Source: Ignavibacteria bacterium (GTDB taxonomy: Bacteria > Bacteroidota > Ignavibacteria > Kapaibacteriales > Kapaibacteriaceae). Taken from it: DNA of 64,000 nucleotides. The notes beneath the pieces are model-generated. The model was given only the letters and a program-made list of their open reading frames with translations, was not told where the DNA came from and made no database searches. The translations under genes and the position numbers were made by a program. The stretch covers positions 8,915 through 72,914 of the forward strand of contig JBKCLO010000181.1 in the NCBI GenBank assembly GCA_046300675.1. The letters run 5' to 3'. Shown one piece after another: positions 63,835 to 64,000 of the stretch (its first letter is position 1; every line of letters begins with the position of its first letter).

Positions 63835-64000
63835 ATGAACTACGATAATCGACCAATTGGGGTTTTCGATTCTGGAATCGGCGGCTTGACGGTTCTCAAG
63901 CATCTTGTGCGCCTTATGCCTGAAGAACGCTTTGTGTATCTCGGCGATACAGCACGAGTGCCCTACGGGAACAAGTCTGCAGAGACCGTGCAACTTTATG
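63835..64000 (+). CDS. murI: Glutamate racemase, N-terminal 55 codons (runs off the window end)
   Basis: Absent from the ORF track because there is no stop. Hand translation gives [55 protein letters not shown], the canonical MurI N-terminus (DSGxGGLTV, GDxARxPYG). Confidence 0.85.
   Translation, partial: MNYDNRPIGVFDSGIGGLTVLKHLVRLMPEERFVYLGDTARVPYGNKSAETVQLY

Noticed and set aside
63786-63836. A longer histidine-kinase start at ATG 63836
   Set aside because: It would overlap the divergent murI ATG (63835) in a CATG palindrome and leave no promoter space. The ATG at 63785 gives a normal N-terminus directly preceding the first TM helix.

Overview
This is a densely coding 64-kb chromosomal window of about 97% coding sequence, and it looks like core genome rather than an accessory island. 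The organism appears to belong to the FCB group (Bacteroidota / Ignavibacteriota / Chlorobiota-like). Evidence for that placement: two giant secreted proteins end in type IX secretion (T9SS) C-terminal sorting domains; there is a type III glutamine synthetase, a fused E1 alpha/beta dehydrogenase and ileS-dksA-lspA synteny; and the Bacteroidota -7 promoter box TAnnTTTG recurs upstream of operon starts. I call about 46 protein genes and one tRNA-Ser(GCT). Housekeeping genes include trhO, pta, hslO, mutS, smpB, tyrS, aspS, gmk, yicC, ribD, speA, fur, topA, glnN, mtgA, rluD, lspA, ileS and partial murI. There are also two purine nucleoside phosphorylase paralogs, split and fused 2-oxoacid dehydrogenase E1 genes, and several large envelope or secreted proteins. 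Nine gene junctions are 4-nt ATGA overlaps, and several convergent gene pairs overlap at their 3' ends. I found no CRISPR array, rRNA, transposase, integrase, phage gene or recognisable defence system. The most unusual observation is at 57914-58908. There an A10 homopolymer separates a histone-H1-like Ala/Lys-repeat ORF from a 68-codon stretch with no stop and no start codon, which runs in frame into the DksA/TraR gene. This could be a recoding or phase-variation site, or a homopolymer sequencing error. Lesser candidates are an uncharacterised 13x ~26-aa repeat protein, a PorE-like OmpA protein, a four-gene envelope operon, an Asn/Asp difference between the PNP paralogs, and apparently leaderless promoters. 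All calls come from the supplied ORF track plus hand translation and motif recognition. No database search was possible, and start codons were refined by eye.
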